This document shows positions 23,372 to 39,700 of a stretch of 64,000 nt of DNA, piece by piece; position 1 is the stretch's first letter, and every line of letters begins with the position of its first letter. The notes under the pieces were generated by a model that was given only the letters and a program-made list of their open reading frames with translations, searched no databases and had not been told where the DNA came from. This DNA is from Eledone cirrhosa (Eukaryota). The translations under genes and the position numbers were made by a program. The stretch lies in NCBI GenBank assembly GCA_964016885.1, contig OZ024741.1, positions 319,920,001 to 319,984,000 on the forward strand. The letters are read 5' to 3'.

Positions 23372-25230
23372 CGGGGCGGCCGTTCGAGAGCAGCCTTCGT
23401 CAAGGCCAATGTTTCGTCCTTTGGGCAAGCGCCCATTCCAAGCGTGCCTAGGGACGCCACACACCCCACCCTCGGGTACCCACAATCCTACACCCCTGAG
23501 GCCAGCGCCAAGCGTTTGCGTGACCGCGTAAATGTTAAATTAATCATAGGTCGTGTCTCGGCCGCAGTCAGAGTGGTTGCCTCAAAGGACACTGTCCTCC
23601 AACCCACTGAGGAGGTCCTGGCTGCCCTGCGACTCAAGCACCCTGACCCACTCGCTGATCTCAGACCCATACCCCCACCCGACCCCCCACTTGATCCTTG
23701 TGGCTTCCGACGCAGACATCATGTCCGCCATCAAGTCCTTCTCAGCTAGCAGCAACTGAGGCGCTGATGGTCTCCGACCAGGCCACATCAAGGAGTTGCT
23801 CTCCACCCTCTCCGCTGAGGCTGGGCGCCGCCTTTGAGTGCAATTGTGGCGCTCACCAATAGGCTCATCCTTGACACCCTGGGCCCGGCCTCTTTTTTTC
23901 GGCTAGCCTCACCACTCTCAGGAAGAAAGAGGGTGGCATATACCCCATCGCTGTGGACAATGTCTTCCGGAAGCTGGCTGCCAAGATGGTCTGCAGGTCC
24001 ATAACACCCGAACTGGGTGAGGAGTTCATTCCGGTCCAACTGGGTGTCGGCGTGTCCTGTGACTGTGAGGGGCCCGCACATGCAACCAGGCAGTTCTTCA
24101 ACAGCTGCCCACCCGAACCAGCATCCAGGTACCTCATTGTCAAGCTTGACATGAGCAATGCCTTCAACTGCTTACGCCGAGACCATCTGCTCGATGCCTC
24201 CTTCAGCCGAGCCTCCTCTGCCTACTCGCTGGCCTACCTTTCGTATGGAGCCCCGAGCATGCTCCTTGGTGCTGATACGGTCATACCTTCGGCCACTGGG
24301 GTCCAAGAGGGCGACCCTTTGGGACCCATCCTGTTTGCCCTTGGTATAGACCACATCGCCCGGAGTATCAAGGCCCTTCTCAACGTTTGGTATCATGACA
24401 TACAATCGGTGGTTCCTGCTCTGGCGGGAATCGGCCTCCAGGTCAACTCGGCCAAGTCGGAGGTGGTGAATGTCAGCCACGATGCTGAGAGCTTTGCAGC
24501 CTCCGTCTCGGACGTGCGGTCCATTCTCCACCAGATGCAGGTGACCCCCAAAGAGGATGTCTTCATCCTCGGGTCACCGATCCACCCACCGGCCATCCGC
24601 TCCACCATCAGGCCCAGGATTCATCAACTCCAGACTCTCACGAGCCGACTGGACTTGATCGACGGCCACCCAGCTCTCTTTCTGTTGAGGAACTGCTTCG
24701 CCATGCCGAAGCTCCTCTATGCCCTTAGCAGCGCTCCGTGCTACACCCACGCAGCTCTCCTGGCTGACCTCGATACTTGTATCCGAGCAGCATCCGAGGA
24801 GATATGCAACGTCAAGTTTGACGACATTGGATGGCAACAGGCCACTTTACCTGTCAGGTATGGCGGCCTTAGCCTCCGGTTCGCGATTTCACTGTCTTTG
24901 TCAGCGTTTCTTTCGTCGGTAACCTCGTGTCGCGTTCTCGTCAGCAGAGTTCTTCAAAACACAATAGAACCCTCTGTGTTCAGAGAACGCGAGCCCGCCT
25001 GTGAGACGTGGGACCGGCTGGGACTTAGCCCAGTAGACGTCCCTCCTCCTTCTCCCCTTGTTGACGTCAAGTCCTCCCAAAGCACTTGGGATGCCATCCA
25101 GTGCAGCCTGGCCTCAGACAGGCTCACGCGCCAGCTCGACCAGTACCGCCTTGCCTGTTTTCGTGCGGCCGCCAGACTCCACAGTGGTGCCCTGCCCTCC
25201 TTCTCCACTGGCACACAGCTAGACGGACGC
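23372..25230 (+). pseudogene. CRE-clade (RLE-type) non-LTR retrotransposon, RT region, decayed
   Basis: KKEGGIYPIAVDNVFRKLAAK, QLGVGV, KLDMSNAFN, GVQEGDPLGPILF, QATLPVRYGGL. The catalytic YLDD segment is missing (reads NVWYHD). Confidence 0.82.
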
Positions 25231-25252
25231 AATTTTCTTGCAACCATACAAC

Positions 25253-25323
<71 letters not shown>

Positions 25324-26552
25324 TTAATTGCGTTCGAAGGTCGGCTGAAAAGTTCATAGGCTGACCAATTACTCTCGTGGAATGTTACCGTATGATGTTT
25401 ATTTGTCCACAAAGTTCCCTTTGCGGCCCATAAACTTCTTTCATCGGTGTTGCAGTGCTTGGTTCCCATCGGTGAAGGAGCCTGTTGGTAAAAAAATGTT
25501 CATCATCTCCGCAATACTGGTTCTTAGTTGAGTGTTTTTTTTATGCTGGGGAACAGATGATAGTAAGATAGGGGTTGTCAAAACCAGGTACATGTACTCT
25601 GGAGCATTATCCTGTTGAATCAAGACCGCTTTCATCATATTTCCGAGTTATTTGGTCTTCGTAGCCTTTCGTAACTGCCTAATCAAGTTGACACACTACT
25701 CTCCATTGATGGCGTAGCTATTTTGAAGGTAGTCAATAAACTCAATGCCTTTTGAATCCAGAAAAACCTGAGGCCATCATCATCCCTGCAAATGAACCGA
25801 CCTTGGCTTTCATTGGAGCAGGTGAGAAGGGGTGTTTCCACTGCAAGGATTGTTTCTTTGTCTCTGGCTCAAAGTGGTAAACCCAACATTGATCCTGGGT
25901 TAGAAAACATTCAAGGAAACCACACTAGATTTACTTCAAACTATGTTTGATCTGCCTGTGCAGAATATTCTCAAATCTCTCACGGGATATGCTAATAGCA
26001 TTGGCTATTTGATTTATAGGCAATCGCCCGTCATCCATCACCATGTGGTGAATACGATTAAAGCTTTCCTCGGTGGTGGCAGTTGCAGGACGTCCAGCCG
26101 TTGGGTTAATTCAGGACTCTCCCTTGAAATGACGCCGGGGCGTGATACCCTTGTGCAGGCATGCTAAACATGCGGCCCGCGAGTCACATGCCGCCCTTCA
26201 CAAGCACGCCTGCGTCCCTCACAAAGGTCTTTACAGCGCGAACATGTTTTATCTTCGTAATATAAATTTAAAAAAAATGAGTTGTAATGTGTGCAATTAG
26301 TTGTCGTGTGTGACCCTCAGACAACACATATGTGACTCACGTGGCCCTCGGGGGATCTCCATTTTGATATACTATATTTCAGGCTGTAATCCATGTTCCA
26401 TTTCTGTTACACCTCATTTATCCCCCACCCTCCTCTCTCTCTTTTTCTCTCTGTGATATTTGAATCTATTATCATTTGGGTTTACCTTACTCATATATAT
26501 ATATGTTTTTGCATGTCAGTTAGATTTAAACTTACAATGATAGGTATTATAT

Positions 26553-26667
<115 letters not shown>

Positions 26668-27431
26668 GTTTGTTAAAATAATTGAATTAAATTAATTCAA
26701 CAGTTAAACACCCATAAAAATAATCAGGTTGTTACCAAAGAGCCAGAAGATTGACAAGTCGACCCTAAATATGACTAATAGTACTAGGAAAGCCACGAAC
26801 GACACCACATATTTTAAACTTTGATTTTGGAAGTAGATTTATAATTATTAATTTTCATCATACTTTTGTAGTTGTCTCAGTGGCCTAGTTAAAGGAATCA
26901 TTGACGGTGCTGATTCTAGTCTGAAGTTCGATCCTGGTCGGGAATAGGGTTCCCGGTGTACATTTTCATTTTTTTTTCTATGGGATGTAAAATAAAAACT
27001 GGAAAAGGTTACATGCACCTCTTGACCCAGTACCTACCGCTAGGCCACTGAGACAGCTACGAAAATATAGTGAAAATTCATACTTGTAAACCTACTTTAA
27101 AAATGTTTAATACAAACTGATGTGGTGTTGTTCATGTCTTTCTTAATGTTATTGCTCTTACTTAAGGTTGAATTCTAAATCATTTGAGTGTTCCATAAAC
27201 TACACCCTCCTTTTGTTTCTCATCTATCTAGACTATATTTTAACCTGTAATCCATGTTTCATTTCTGGCACACCTAATTTCTGCCCCCCCCCCCTCTCTC
27301 TCATTCTCTCTTTCTCTCTGTGATATTTGAATCTACTATGATTTCGGCTTACATTTACCTTACTCATATATATGTGTTTTTGCATGTCAGTTGGATTCAA
27401 ACTTACAATGTTTGGAATTATATATATATAC

Positions 27432-27464
<33 letters not shown>

Positions 27465-28068
27465 TTAGGGATAGGATTATCCTGGATGCAGTAATGTTTA
27501 ATTACTACACTGGATAGAGTTGACGTACGGTGAGTTGTTACTCAACGAGTTATGGAAGAATAGTTGAAGAAACTCAGTTCCAGATCCTTCTGTATTCCGG
27601 AGTGTAGATAAAGAATGAATAATAACAGGTAGACATCATAAAAAGGTAATTTATTCCGTGTGCTTACAAATGTTTCCACGGTGGTTATACAGCCTAGTTA
27701 TGCTATGTGCAAATTTATAACTATTTGCAAAACTCAATTATCAAATGCTTTGACCACTGTATCATCAGACCAGAATGGTTAAAATGTAAAATGTAAATAC
27801 CCTTAAGTGAGGTTATTGGGGGAAGATAGAGTAGAACAGGAAGAGAGAAAGAAGGGGAGAGGGAGAGAGAGATATGCAGGGGTTGGAGAGATGGGAGAGA
27901 GTGATTTATAGAATACAGATATCTTAATCAAAATGTTGTGGTAGGGGTTTTATTATACTGGTTACTCTTAAAGCGACAACCTTAAGCGATACGTTGATAG
28001 TTAAGGTTGGAATTATTTATTGCCACAGAGGGAAGGTTCATAGATGTGGAGAGGGAGGGAGGTGGACC

Positions 28069-28144
<76 letters not shown>

Positions 28145-28372
28145 AATAGAGAGAGAGGGAGAGATAGAGAGGGGAGAGATAGAGAGGGGAGAGACGAAAG
28201 TTATGGGATGGGTGTACATTGAGTTCATAATTGTAGGCTACAAATTGCACTAAGTATCCATTTATAGTAATAAGCAGGGTATTGCCTTGTAGTGTGGGGG
28301 ATATAGTTAAGAAGTTGTTATTGAGAGAAAGTAGTTAGCTAGAAAGCAATGTTATAGTTACGGGTTCGAATG

Positions 28373-28750
28373 TTAAGTTATTTTATAGTGAGAGAATTTA
28401 GCCTTCAGTTTGTGGTTGCAGTATAATGATCGTTCGATTCTGTCATTTAGTAATTTATTTTTGGATTTTAAGATGTAAAAGAGTTCAAGGTTACATAACC
28501 TTCAGTACTTCAATCCACTCCAATATGCACTAGCGCTGGAAAGTATATCCCATTTCAAGGTGAACTGTTGGTTACGTTCACGGAGTTGCCAGGTCTTGTT
28601 GGCGAGCGTGGTCACAAAACGGTGATTAGGATGTTTAATTGAGAATCGATGACGATACCAGCGAGATTTAAAGGAGGTAGTAGGAGACCCGATGTAATAC
28701 CATTGCTGGTCGTTCGATTCAACAGGGCATTGATAAACAATGTTGGACTT
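28373..28750 (-). pseudogene. Naiad GIY-YIG endonuclease C-terminal frame with one in-frame TGA (28504-28502)
   Basis: KSNIVYQC...YYIGSPTTSFKSRWYRH...LKWDIL..AYWSGLKY*RLCNLE...LN.R.E..LYCNH...stop. Confidence 0.85.
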
Positions 28751-29076
28751 TAGGCTCTTTTACATCTTAAAATCCAAAAATAAATTACTGAATGACAGAA
28801 TCGAACGATCATTATACTGCAACCACAAACTGAAGGCTAAATTCTCTCACTATAAAATAACTTAACATTCGAACCCGTAACTATAACATTGCTTTCTAGC
28901 TAACTACTTTCTCTCAATAACAACTTCTTAACTATATCCCCCACACTACAAGGCAATACCCTGCTTATTACTATAAATGGACACTTAGTGCAATTTGTAG
29001 CCTATAACTATGAACTCAATGTACACCCATCCCATAGCTTTCGTCTGTCCCCTCTCTATCTCTCCCTCTCTCTCCA

Positions 29077-29156
<80 letters not shown>

Positions 29157-29458
29157 GCCCTCGGTCCACCTCCCTCCCTCTCCACATCTATGAACCTGCC
29201 CTCTGTGGCAATAAATAATTCCAACCTTAACTATCAACGTATCGCTTAAGGTTGTCGCTTTGAGAGTAACCAGTATAATAAAACCCTTACCACAACATTT
29301 TGATTAAGATATCTGTATTCTACAAACCACTCTCTCCCATCTCTCCAACCGCTGCACATATATATATATATATCTCCCTCTCCCCTTCTTTCTCTCTTCC
29401 TTTTCTACTCTCTCTTCCCCAATAACCTCACTTAAGGGTATTTACATTTTACCCATTC

Positions 29459-29570
29459 TGCTCTGATGATACAGTGGTCAAAGCATTTGATAATTGAGTT
29501 TTGCAAATAGTTATAAATTTGCACATAGCATAACTAGGCTGTATAACCACCGTGGAAACATTTGTAAGCA
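29459..29570 (+). ncRNA. Type I hammerhead with extended stem II (mirror copy at about 27661-27770 on -)
   Basis: TGCT-CTGATGA-T-ACAGTGGT...ACCACCGT-G-GAAA-CATTTG-TA-AGCA. Confidence 0.68.
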
Positions 29571-31023
29571 CACAGAACAAATTACCTTTTTATGATGTCT
29601 ACCTGTTATTATTCATTCTTTATCTACACTCCGGAACACTAGTGTCTGCAGTTCTGTTTGCATGCCGACACAAGAGCATCTTTTGAATATCAGTTTGCAT
29701 TATTCTCAGCACCATTCACCTTTGATGTTGCCAAGGTAGAAGAAAGTGTGCAGATGGAACTATTGGAAATGCAGTGAGAATCTACACTCAGAGCAAAGCA
29801 TCTTGAAGTGAGGATACCTGGTTTCTTTTCATACCTTCCTCAAAAGTTAAAAAACTTCAGAAAGTTGCCACAAAGATTATAGCAATGTTTGGTTCTACCT
29901 ATGTGTGAACAGTTATTTTCCTTCTTGAAATTAACAAACACTTCTCAGAGAACACGGCTGACTGATCAACACTTGTAATCTCTGATCGAAATCGGAACTG
30001 TACAGACATTTCAGCCAGACACCAAAAATTGTCAACAAAAAGAGGTGTCAGGCCTCAGGGCAAAACATTAAAAATGGTTGAATAGTAGCAAATAAATGTT
30101 CAGTTTTGAACTGTTGTAATTTTTGTACAATGTATTTGTTGCTGTTGCAAGCTGCAAGTATATGTTGCCATTTAAAATTAGTTTTTTTTGTCAAACCACT
30201 TCATTACTTTGTATTCACGAATGCTGCTAAAATATTTGTATGTACATTGTATGTTTCTAAATTTAAGTAACAAATTTTTCTGCAATAAATTTTATTAAAT
30301 GACTTTAATTAGTTGTAATGTGCACAATTAGTTGTCGTGTGCGGCCCTCAGGCAACACATATGTAATCCATGCGTCCCTCGGGGGATCCTCAGTTTGACA
30401 TGCCTGCCCTAATGTATCAACTATGCTAACATGAATGTCCTTGGGAATTAAACCCTTTTTTTTTTAGGTAGTAGATAACACCATGATGCCAAATTTTCAA
30501 GCAAAGTCGATGCTAGTTATTTTTTAATTATTATTATTATTTTTTTTTTTTTGAACAGTCAGATGTCAATTTACTTGGGATGAACAATGCTGTTATTAAT
30601 AAGAAGAATTGAAATTAAAGAATGCAAGATTTCACAGCTCTAGCACCATTCCTTCATAGTTAGTTGTCTATGAACTTTTCAGTCTACCATTGTATACATA
30701 AACGCTCTATAACCATTTTCTAACAAGTTTTGCATGCATGAATAGGACTTTACTGACAATTAAATAAGTCAATTATTATTGCTTGAAGAATCATCAGAGC
30801 ATCTGAAAAAAATGCTTTGTGTTAGTTGTTTTGGATAATTATCAAATTGGATTGAAGCAAGTGTTGCCTTTCTTTCTTCCGGTGTCGCTAAAGTAAAGTA
30901 CCGATCAAGTACTAGTGCAGATATAATCGACATCCCCATCTCAACTTTCTTGCCTTATGCCTTAATTATTTGCCATTACTGATTTCGTTTTTGATGATGG
31001 TGGTGATTACGTATTATCCAAAT

Positions 31024-31340
31024 CAATGGTTCTCAAACCTTTGGGGCCACCGCCCCACAACGGCTACGTAATACCCTCAGCGCCCCCAAACCTATTTCCA
31101 GAGAGATCTGCCTACAAGCAAATTGTAAATAATATATAAATAAAATCGTTAATTTATATATAATAATATAATATATACTATGTATAAATAAGTATTATAT
31201 ATTTTTTATTTTACTATATGAATATATAAGATCTATTATTTAATATTTAACATACTATTATATCAGATCTACCGCCACCACCTCCCACTTAGGCCCCAGT
31301 ACCAGCCCGGGGGTGGTAGTGCTTACTTTGAGGACCTCTG
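31024..31340. mobile_element. hAT-type MITE
   Basis: TIRs CAATGGTTCTCAAA / TTTGAGGACCTCTG; TSD ATCCAAAT / ATCTAAAT. Confidence 0.78.
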
Positions 31341-32552
31341 ATCTAAATCATTAGAACATCAAAGAAAATGCTTTTGGCATTATTTAGTTACAGCTCTTTT
31401 ATCTCTGAGTTCATATTCCGTCAGAGTCAACATTGCTTTCCATCCAACAGGAGACGATGACATAAAGTACCAGTCAAGTGGTGGGGTAAATATAATGGAT
31501 GACTCCCTCCTCACAAAATGTATCGTCAAGTTTCATGACTTGTGATAGTGGTTGTAGTGATGGTGGTGATGAATGTAGTGTTAATAGTGTTGATTGTAGA
31601 GGAAATAGAAAGGGTGATGCTACCTGTGAGAGTGGTGTATAGCTCGTTATGATTGATCATGTGGATTATAGTTGTGATGGCATTATTGATGATGAGTTTG
31701 CCGATATTAGTGGTGCAACTATTGGTGGTAATGCAATGGTGAAGATGGTGATGATGGTTGATGACGGTGATCGTGGTGATGGCTTTGGTGGTGCTCGTGT
31801 TAGAGATTAGGAATAGGATTTGTGCTAGTAGTGATGGTGATGCTGTAAAGAAGTGTAATTATAAAAATGTGTGAGATATTGCTGTTAATTCTTGATAATC
31901 GCCCGAACTGATGTAAAAACTAAAATTATTAGTTATGGCTGTCACACGTGATAATTATGGTAACTTTGCTCCTCCCATACACATGAGCATACATATAATT
32001 ATAGATTGTCTCTCTCACACACCGACTCATGTACAATTAGCACATACATCTATACACATATATCCGTTGAACATACACACTATTTATATTCGCTAGAGCG
32101 TCGATAGAAAATGCTTTGTAATATTTATTCCGGTTTCTTACGTTCTGCTTTAAAATCTCGGTGAGTTCAGATATGCTTGCCATCATCTAGAGGTCGATAA
32201 ATAAAGTACTGAGGTCGATAAATCATGTACTGAGGTCGATTTAATAAACGGTAGTTTCATACATTAGACTCAATAAAAGCAACTCAACATTGTTTTCAAC
32301 TTACTTGACAACACCGTATCAGCACTTATCCTTTACTCAGGCAACACTGACGGGGGATGTAGAGAGAGAACATATGCTGCCTGGGCAAATGCTGGTTTTC
32401 CATCGGACCTTGGTAAGTCCCTTGTCCACAAAACGTCACCCAAGTCACGGTTCAACGCTATCTCTAACACAGAGTAAAGGAAGACTTTCTAGGTGCAGAC
32501 CTCTGATCTTATCAGACATCTACATAACCAACTGTAACAAAATATTTCATCT

Positions 32553-33185
32553 CAACTGGAGCCAGCAAGCCTAGACCCTGGAGATGGCAAGTGCCCCGAC
32601 GTAATCACCCACTTCCCATTCGAAGGACGTAGATCCCTCATCTGGGACGCCACCTGCTGCGACACGTTCTCCGCCTCCAACTTAGTCGCTTCGGCCACAA
32701 ACCCCGGCATCGCAGCCCGTCTCGCAAAAGAACGTAAAATAAACAAATACCGGGGTTTGTCCGGCCGCTTCCTCTTCGCACTGGTCGCCGGCGAGACCTC
32801 AGGCGTACTTGGACCCCGTAATGTCGAGCTCCTCCGGAAGATCGGAGTGTCGGCGGCCCGTCTGAGGAGGGAACCCCGCGAGGTTGGGTGGCTGTTGCGG
32901 AGGGTGTCACTGGCTATCATCCAGGGGAATGTTTTTGCCGTCTTGTCCGCGGGGCGCAGCACTCCTGCCCCCTGCCCTAGGGCCAAAGCATAATCACTTT
33001 CCCCTCCCCCTCCCTTCCCTTCTGCGACACCAGAACTCTTGCCATCCCCTCTCTTTCCCATTCTTTTTCTTCTTTCTTTCTCTCTTTTTTTCTTTTATAT
33101 TTCCCTATTCTTTCTTTCCTTTTGTTTCCCATTTTTTTTTTCTTACTAAATAAGGCTTGTTTTCTGCTTTTGAATAAAATTATAA
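32553..33185 (+). pseudogene. 3' end of a CRE-clade element: restriction-like endonuclease + 3' UTR
   Basis: LEPASLDPGDGKCPD..LIWDATCCDTF..KINKY..FALVAGETSGVLG..RRVSLAIIQGN, then a pyrimidine-rich UTR and AATAAA at about 33173. Confidence 0.8.
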
Positions 33186-33589
33186 ATTATATTTACGTTA
33201 CTTATGAAGAAAGTTATTTTGAGAATGTTTGTCATATTAATCGAACAACGTATACATTACTTGCCAGACGATCACGCGTCTAGTTACACCAAAAATGGTC
33301 TGCAATTTCTACACTTTCAAATTAGTTGTTATAAATATTTTACTAAATATATTAACAATATTAACTTCTCTCATATGATATGAGAAATACAGTGACTGAA
33401 CCACTAGAAAATAGGTTAGACCTATTAATGTCTAACTCAGACAAGTAGATAATATAAAAAGCTTAGTAGATACTATAAAGAGATACAAGCTGCTATTTTA
33501 ATCTGTGGTCAGCAACATGAGAAACAGAGCTCTGATGAAGCGATAAACAAGTTTAAAAGTGGCCAGGCAGATCTCCTCTTTTTAGTAAC

Positions 33590-35560
<1,971 letters not shown>

Positions 35561-36368
35561 GATAGGTTAACATTTCCAAAGAGCCAATAATTGTAGGCAG
35601 GCACAGAAAGGAATATTTTAATTAAAACGAGTGGAAAGCCACTTGATTTTTACAGTTACGTCAATAACTGATAAATTGAAAGGTTTCTTATTAAAAACGA
35701 AAGAAAAAATCTGCTTTGTAAACATTTCATACAGCGATCAATCTACAGCATATCTCCAGTACTGTTATATAACGGAAAAATATGTCTAAATTTGAAAGGA
35801 AATAAATTTATCTCGATATATCTTGTTATAATTATTTGTTTTCTTCATTTGGCTGCGACCATGCTGAGGTAACATCTTGATTTAGTCGATCATATCGACT
35901 CTAGTACAACCATTTTTCAATTTTGTATTCATTTTATCGATCTTTATCTTGCCGGATGGTGACGTTACAGTTTTTTTTTTAAACTGTCATATAAACGTCA
36001 CATCGCGTGGTCTGTCTTCTATTCTCGCTTCTTACTTTTTCTACGGCCCAGTGTTGGACTGCATTCCATATTATTCTTTGTCTAAGACCTTTGTCCCTAC
36101 TTGTTTTGTTACCTCCCAATGTCCACCGAAATGAACGGTATCAACCTAAATAAAACTGTAGAGATCTCCAGAGGTTGACGGAGGATATGGGACTGTCCTT
36201 TTTTTTGTTGGTTTCATTTTCTTTGTCATAGAGGTAGAAACTTGGTTGAAGGTGCCATACAATTAACTATGCCTGCACCTATGTGGTTATGTTTGAAAAT
36301 GTTATATCTAAATATGCGTCAATATTTCAAAGTATTTTGTACCACTAACTATTATATAGACATATAAG

Positions 36369-37017
36369 TGTAGCGAAATCTGTCCACAACTTGACCCCTG
36401 GGTGACATGTAACGATCACATTCTGGATTACCTCCTTTTTGGCGTAAACAAGTCTGTGCGTGGGCGATCTCTCGAGGTCACCCCAGAAGTTCTCAAGGCA
36501 GGGGACAGTGGAAGCGACAGATGTAAATAGTCTGTCTTAGACCAAGCAAAAGGCAGTTCGGAGCTGTTCCTGATAGAGTAAACATGTAGACTATTACTTT
36601 CTACAGACCCCTTGGCGTCTACAGACACTTACTCTCTCTCTCCTGGTCTTACAGACTCTAACTTTCTCTTGCTCTCTCTCTTTCATTCAATCTCTATTTC
36701 TTGGTCTCTCTCTTAAACAAGCCAGTGAAGTTCATGAAGTTTTCTTGGTAAATACGACTTTAATTCTACTTTTACAAACAAACAAATAGCCTACATAATC
36801 CCTGTGTATTTTTAGTATAGCTCCGGCGTGAGTTATTTTCAATAAATTAATAATATAGCGGTTTGGTGTCATCATGGTTCATTTATATATATTCATTTTC
36901 TGCGTGATCAAGGAACTATCATATCATCATTCTTGAACACTTACTCACTTACCTACACACATGCAACCTCTGGTCACACTGTATCACAACAGTGACCACA
37001 CGACACAGCAAGCTACA
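36369..37017 (+). mobile_element. Possible solo LTR
   Basis: Begins TGTAGC and ends GCTACA, with an internal AATAAA at 36841; no TSD found. Confidence 0.3.
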
Positions 37018-37391
37018 AGTGAGCACACACGCAACAAACGAATCAACACCACAACACAATCCACTACCAACAACGACCCAACAAATAATCGCTTTATAAG
37101 GTCCTCCTTTTTATAGTGCATCTTCCCTCCAGTCACACATTCCGCTTCTTCCTCCCAGTTGCCTTAATTCTAGCCACATCCATGGCATGTGACTGGATCA
37201 AATCCATACACACTAGCATAAAGCCATACATTAATGAACCCATGCATAAACACAAAGATACACACAACATGCCCAACACATGTAATCTGGTTAAACTCTA
37301 TGATAAAAGCCATGACAATGTGGCTGTGGGCTATCAGAGAAAGATAGATAGAGGGAGACAGAGAGAGGGGGAGAGGGGGGGAGAGAGACAA

Positions 37392-37463
<72 letters not shown>

Positions 37464-38149
37464 AAGAGACAGAGAGTAACTGACCGAGAAAAGGAGAGTA
37501 GCAAGAGGAAGGATAGAGAAATTTGAATAGTAAAATAACAAGGAAGAAAAGGGGGAGACAAAAAAAAAATAAAATAAAACAAGGTGAAGAAGACACGAAA
37601 AGAAAGAAAGGAAAAAAGAAAGCAAAGAAGAGGAAGAGCAAGATAGTGAGGACATGAAGGGTATATTACACCCATTACTAGTCAGCTTCCATACCAAATG
37701 ACAGGAGTATTAATTATAAAACATTGTCACCCGAGGGTTCATTTTAACGGTTCCTGATATAGAAAGGCATAAATGGCACGCGTTTCTTTTTGGGTTTTGC
37801 TTCGACTGCTTTTTGTTGATTTATTTTCTCTCTCAGCTTGTATTGTTGTTGTTGTTGGTGGTGGTGGTGGTAGTGGTGGTGGTGTTGGCAATGTTGTTGG
37901 GCTTGTTATAGTAGTTGAGGTTATTTAGTATGATTGCAGAATTTTTGTTTTATTTTATATTCTAAAGCATTTTAAATTAGACCAGATGATGACGATGATG
38001 ATGTTTGTGATGATGATGTTTCGTGATAATGATGATAAAGATGATAATGGTTGTTGGTGGCGGTGGGGGTGGGAGTGGAGGTGGTGATTATGATGATGCC
38101 GTTGTTGCAGCTGATGACGATGATAATTGTAATGCTGATAAAAATAACG

Positions 38150-39700
38150 AATGAGGATAATAGTATCCTACGTCGACAGCCTACAACTACTCTCGGCAGA
38201 TGATGCGGAATGCTGCGAAAAGCCGATAACAACAACCGAGATACGGGAAGTCCTGACCGACTGTACGAGGCACAAATCACCCGAATTGGATGGTCTGCCC
38301 CCACGAGCTTCACGTAGACATGTCAGGCTTCTCCCATTTACTCGTAACAACTAATGCAACTGGCAGCAGAACGAGAGAGTTCCTAGTTCTGTAAGTCGAG
38401 GGTAGTAACGCCGATAAGGAAAGAAGACAGGAGCAAGAGTTACGTCATGAATAATTTCCGGCCTATAACTCTGCTCAACATAGAGTTTAATATTTTGCCC
38501 AAGGTGCTAGCGACGTGGTTGGTGCTTGTCGTCAACACTCTGGTGTGTGAGTCGTGAACATTCGCAATCTCGACAAGGATTCATCATAGACCGGGTATAA
38601 AGTAAACCTGGCTTCGGTTTGGCTTTGATCAATTTGGATCAATCGAACGTTTTCGATAGTGACGACCATCGATACCTGGAGGTTGTCCACGAGGCAGCCG
38701 GCTTCGGTCCCGTCTTTGAAGTCTGGATCGCATCAATGCACAGCTGCAAATGTTCAGTGGTTAAAGTAAATGGCCACATATCGAAACCCTTCCAGATCAT
38801 GTGCTATGTCCACCAAGAATGCTCTCTATCCTTCTTTCTGAACTTAAACTAGAGCTATTGAACTTAAAATAGAGCTATTGTACTGTATACCACAGGACCC
38901 GGGATGTGGAAGGGCTGCGTCGGCATACGCGGAGGATGCCACCGTGATTTTAGGAGAAAACTGAAAGGGTGATGGGAACAAATATCAGCCCGAAAAGGTG
39001 GTTGGTGTTTACTGCTCGACACCTGGAGAGGCAAATCTATGCAGTTCTACAGCGTCGTAGGAAGATGGATGGACGGATTGTAGTGTTGAATTTGCTTGGG
39101 GTTTGGTTTGGTCTAGACCTCAAGGTGGATAAGATCTGGGACAAAGTAGTGTTACTCTCCACCAGAAATGGGCAGAGAAAAAGCTATCCATGAATGATCG
39201 CGTCCGTCATCTATTATCACCTGACCATCATGCCTTTCCCCCGTCCGCATCTCACCAAATTGTAGCACCTGTCTTGCGGAAGGGTCAGTTTCCCATGGTG
39301 AGGTGATCCATCTGCTGCCAACAACCTCTATCTGGAGTGCTGGGCGTGCTGTGGCTGATGATGCGCCAAGGTGCGTTTGGGATACACCATCTCCTAGTAT
39401 TCCTAAACGGTGAACAGGTGTTGTCACCGTTTGTGGAGGTCCTTCTGCAGCTCGTCTCTTTGACCGAGATGCAGTTGTGGGTCAAGCAAATACTGATACT
39501 GAGCGTGTAGTCTCTGGAATTTTGTCAGGCACCCACAGCCGTGTACCAGTCAGGAAATGTTGTCAGTGGAAATTCTATTCTAGCGTTCTATAGAGGACTT
39601 GTGTGCACAAGTGGGACGATATTCTCGGAGAAACTCTCGACGTCGATGAAATCGAACTCCCCCTCTATTGACAATGATAAGCTTTGTCCAAGACTGAGGA
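38150..39700 (+). pseudogene. Old, heavily decayed Tx1 ORF2 related to the copies at 1-7766
   Basis: KSPELDGLP, ALINLDQS..FD..DHRYL, GFGPVF, LLGVWFG; colinear with about 5330-6950, with many stops and frameshifts. Confidence 0.85.

Larger units (their letters stand above)
27465..29636 (-). mobile_element. 5'-truncated Naiad-type Penelope element with an inverted pseudo-LTR (arms 27595-28483 / 28755-29636)
   Basis: About 880-bp inverted arms including GA/TC microsatellites; the GIY-YIG frame spans the spacer; each arm carries a hammerhead. Confidence 0.85.

Noticed and set aside
28865-29460. Canonical SECIS downstream of the UGA-containing frame
   Set aside because: The ATGA motifs at about 29010 and 29190 lack a paired stem, apical AA and closing GA by eye.
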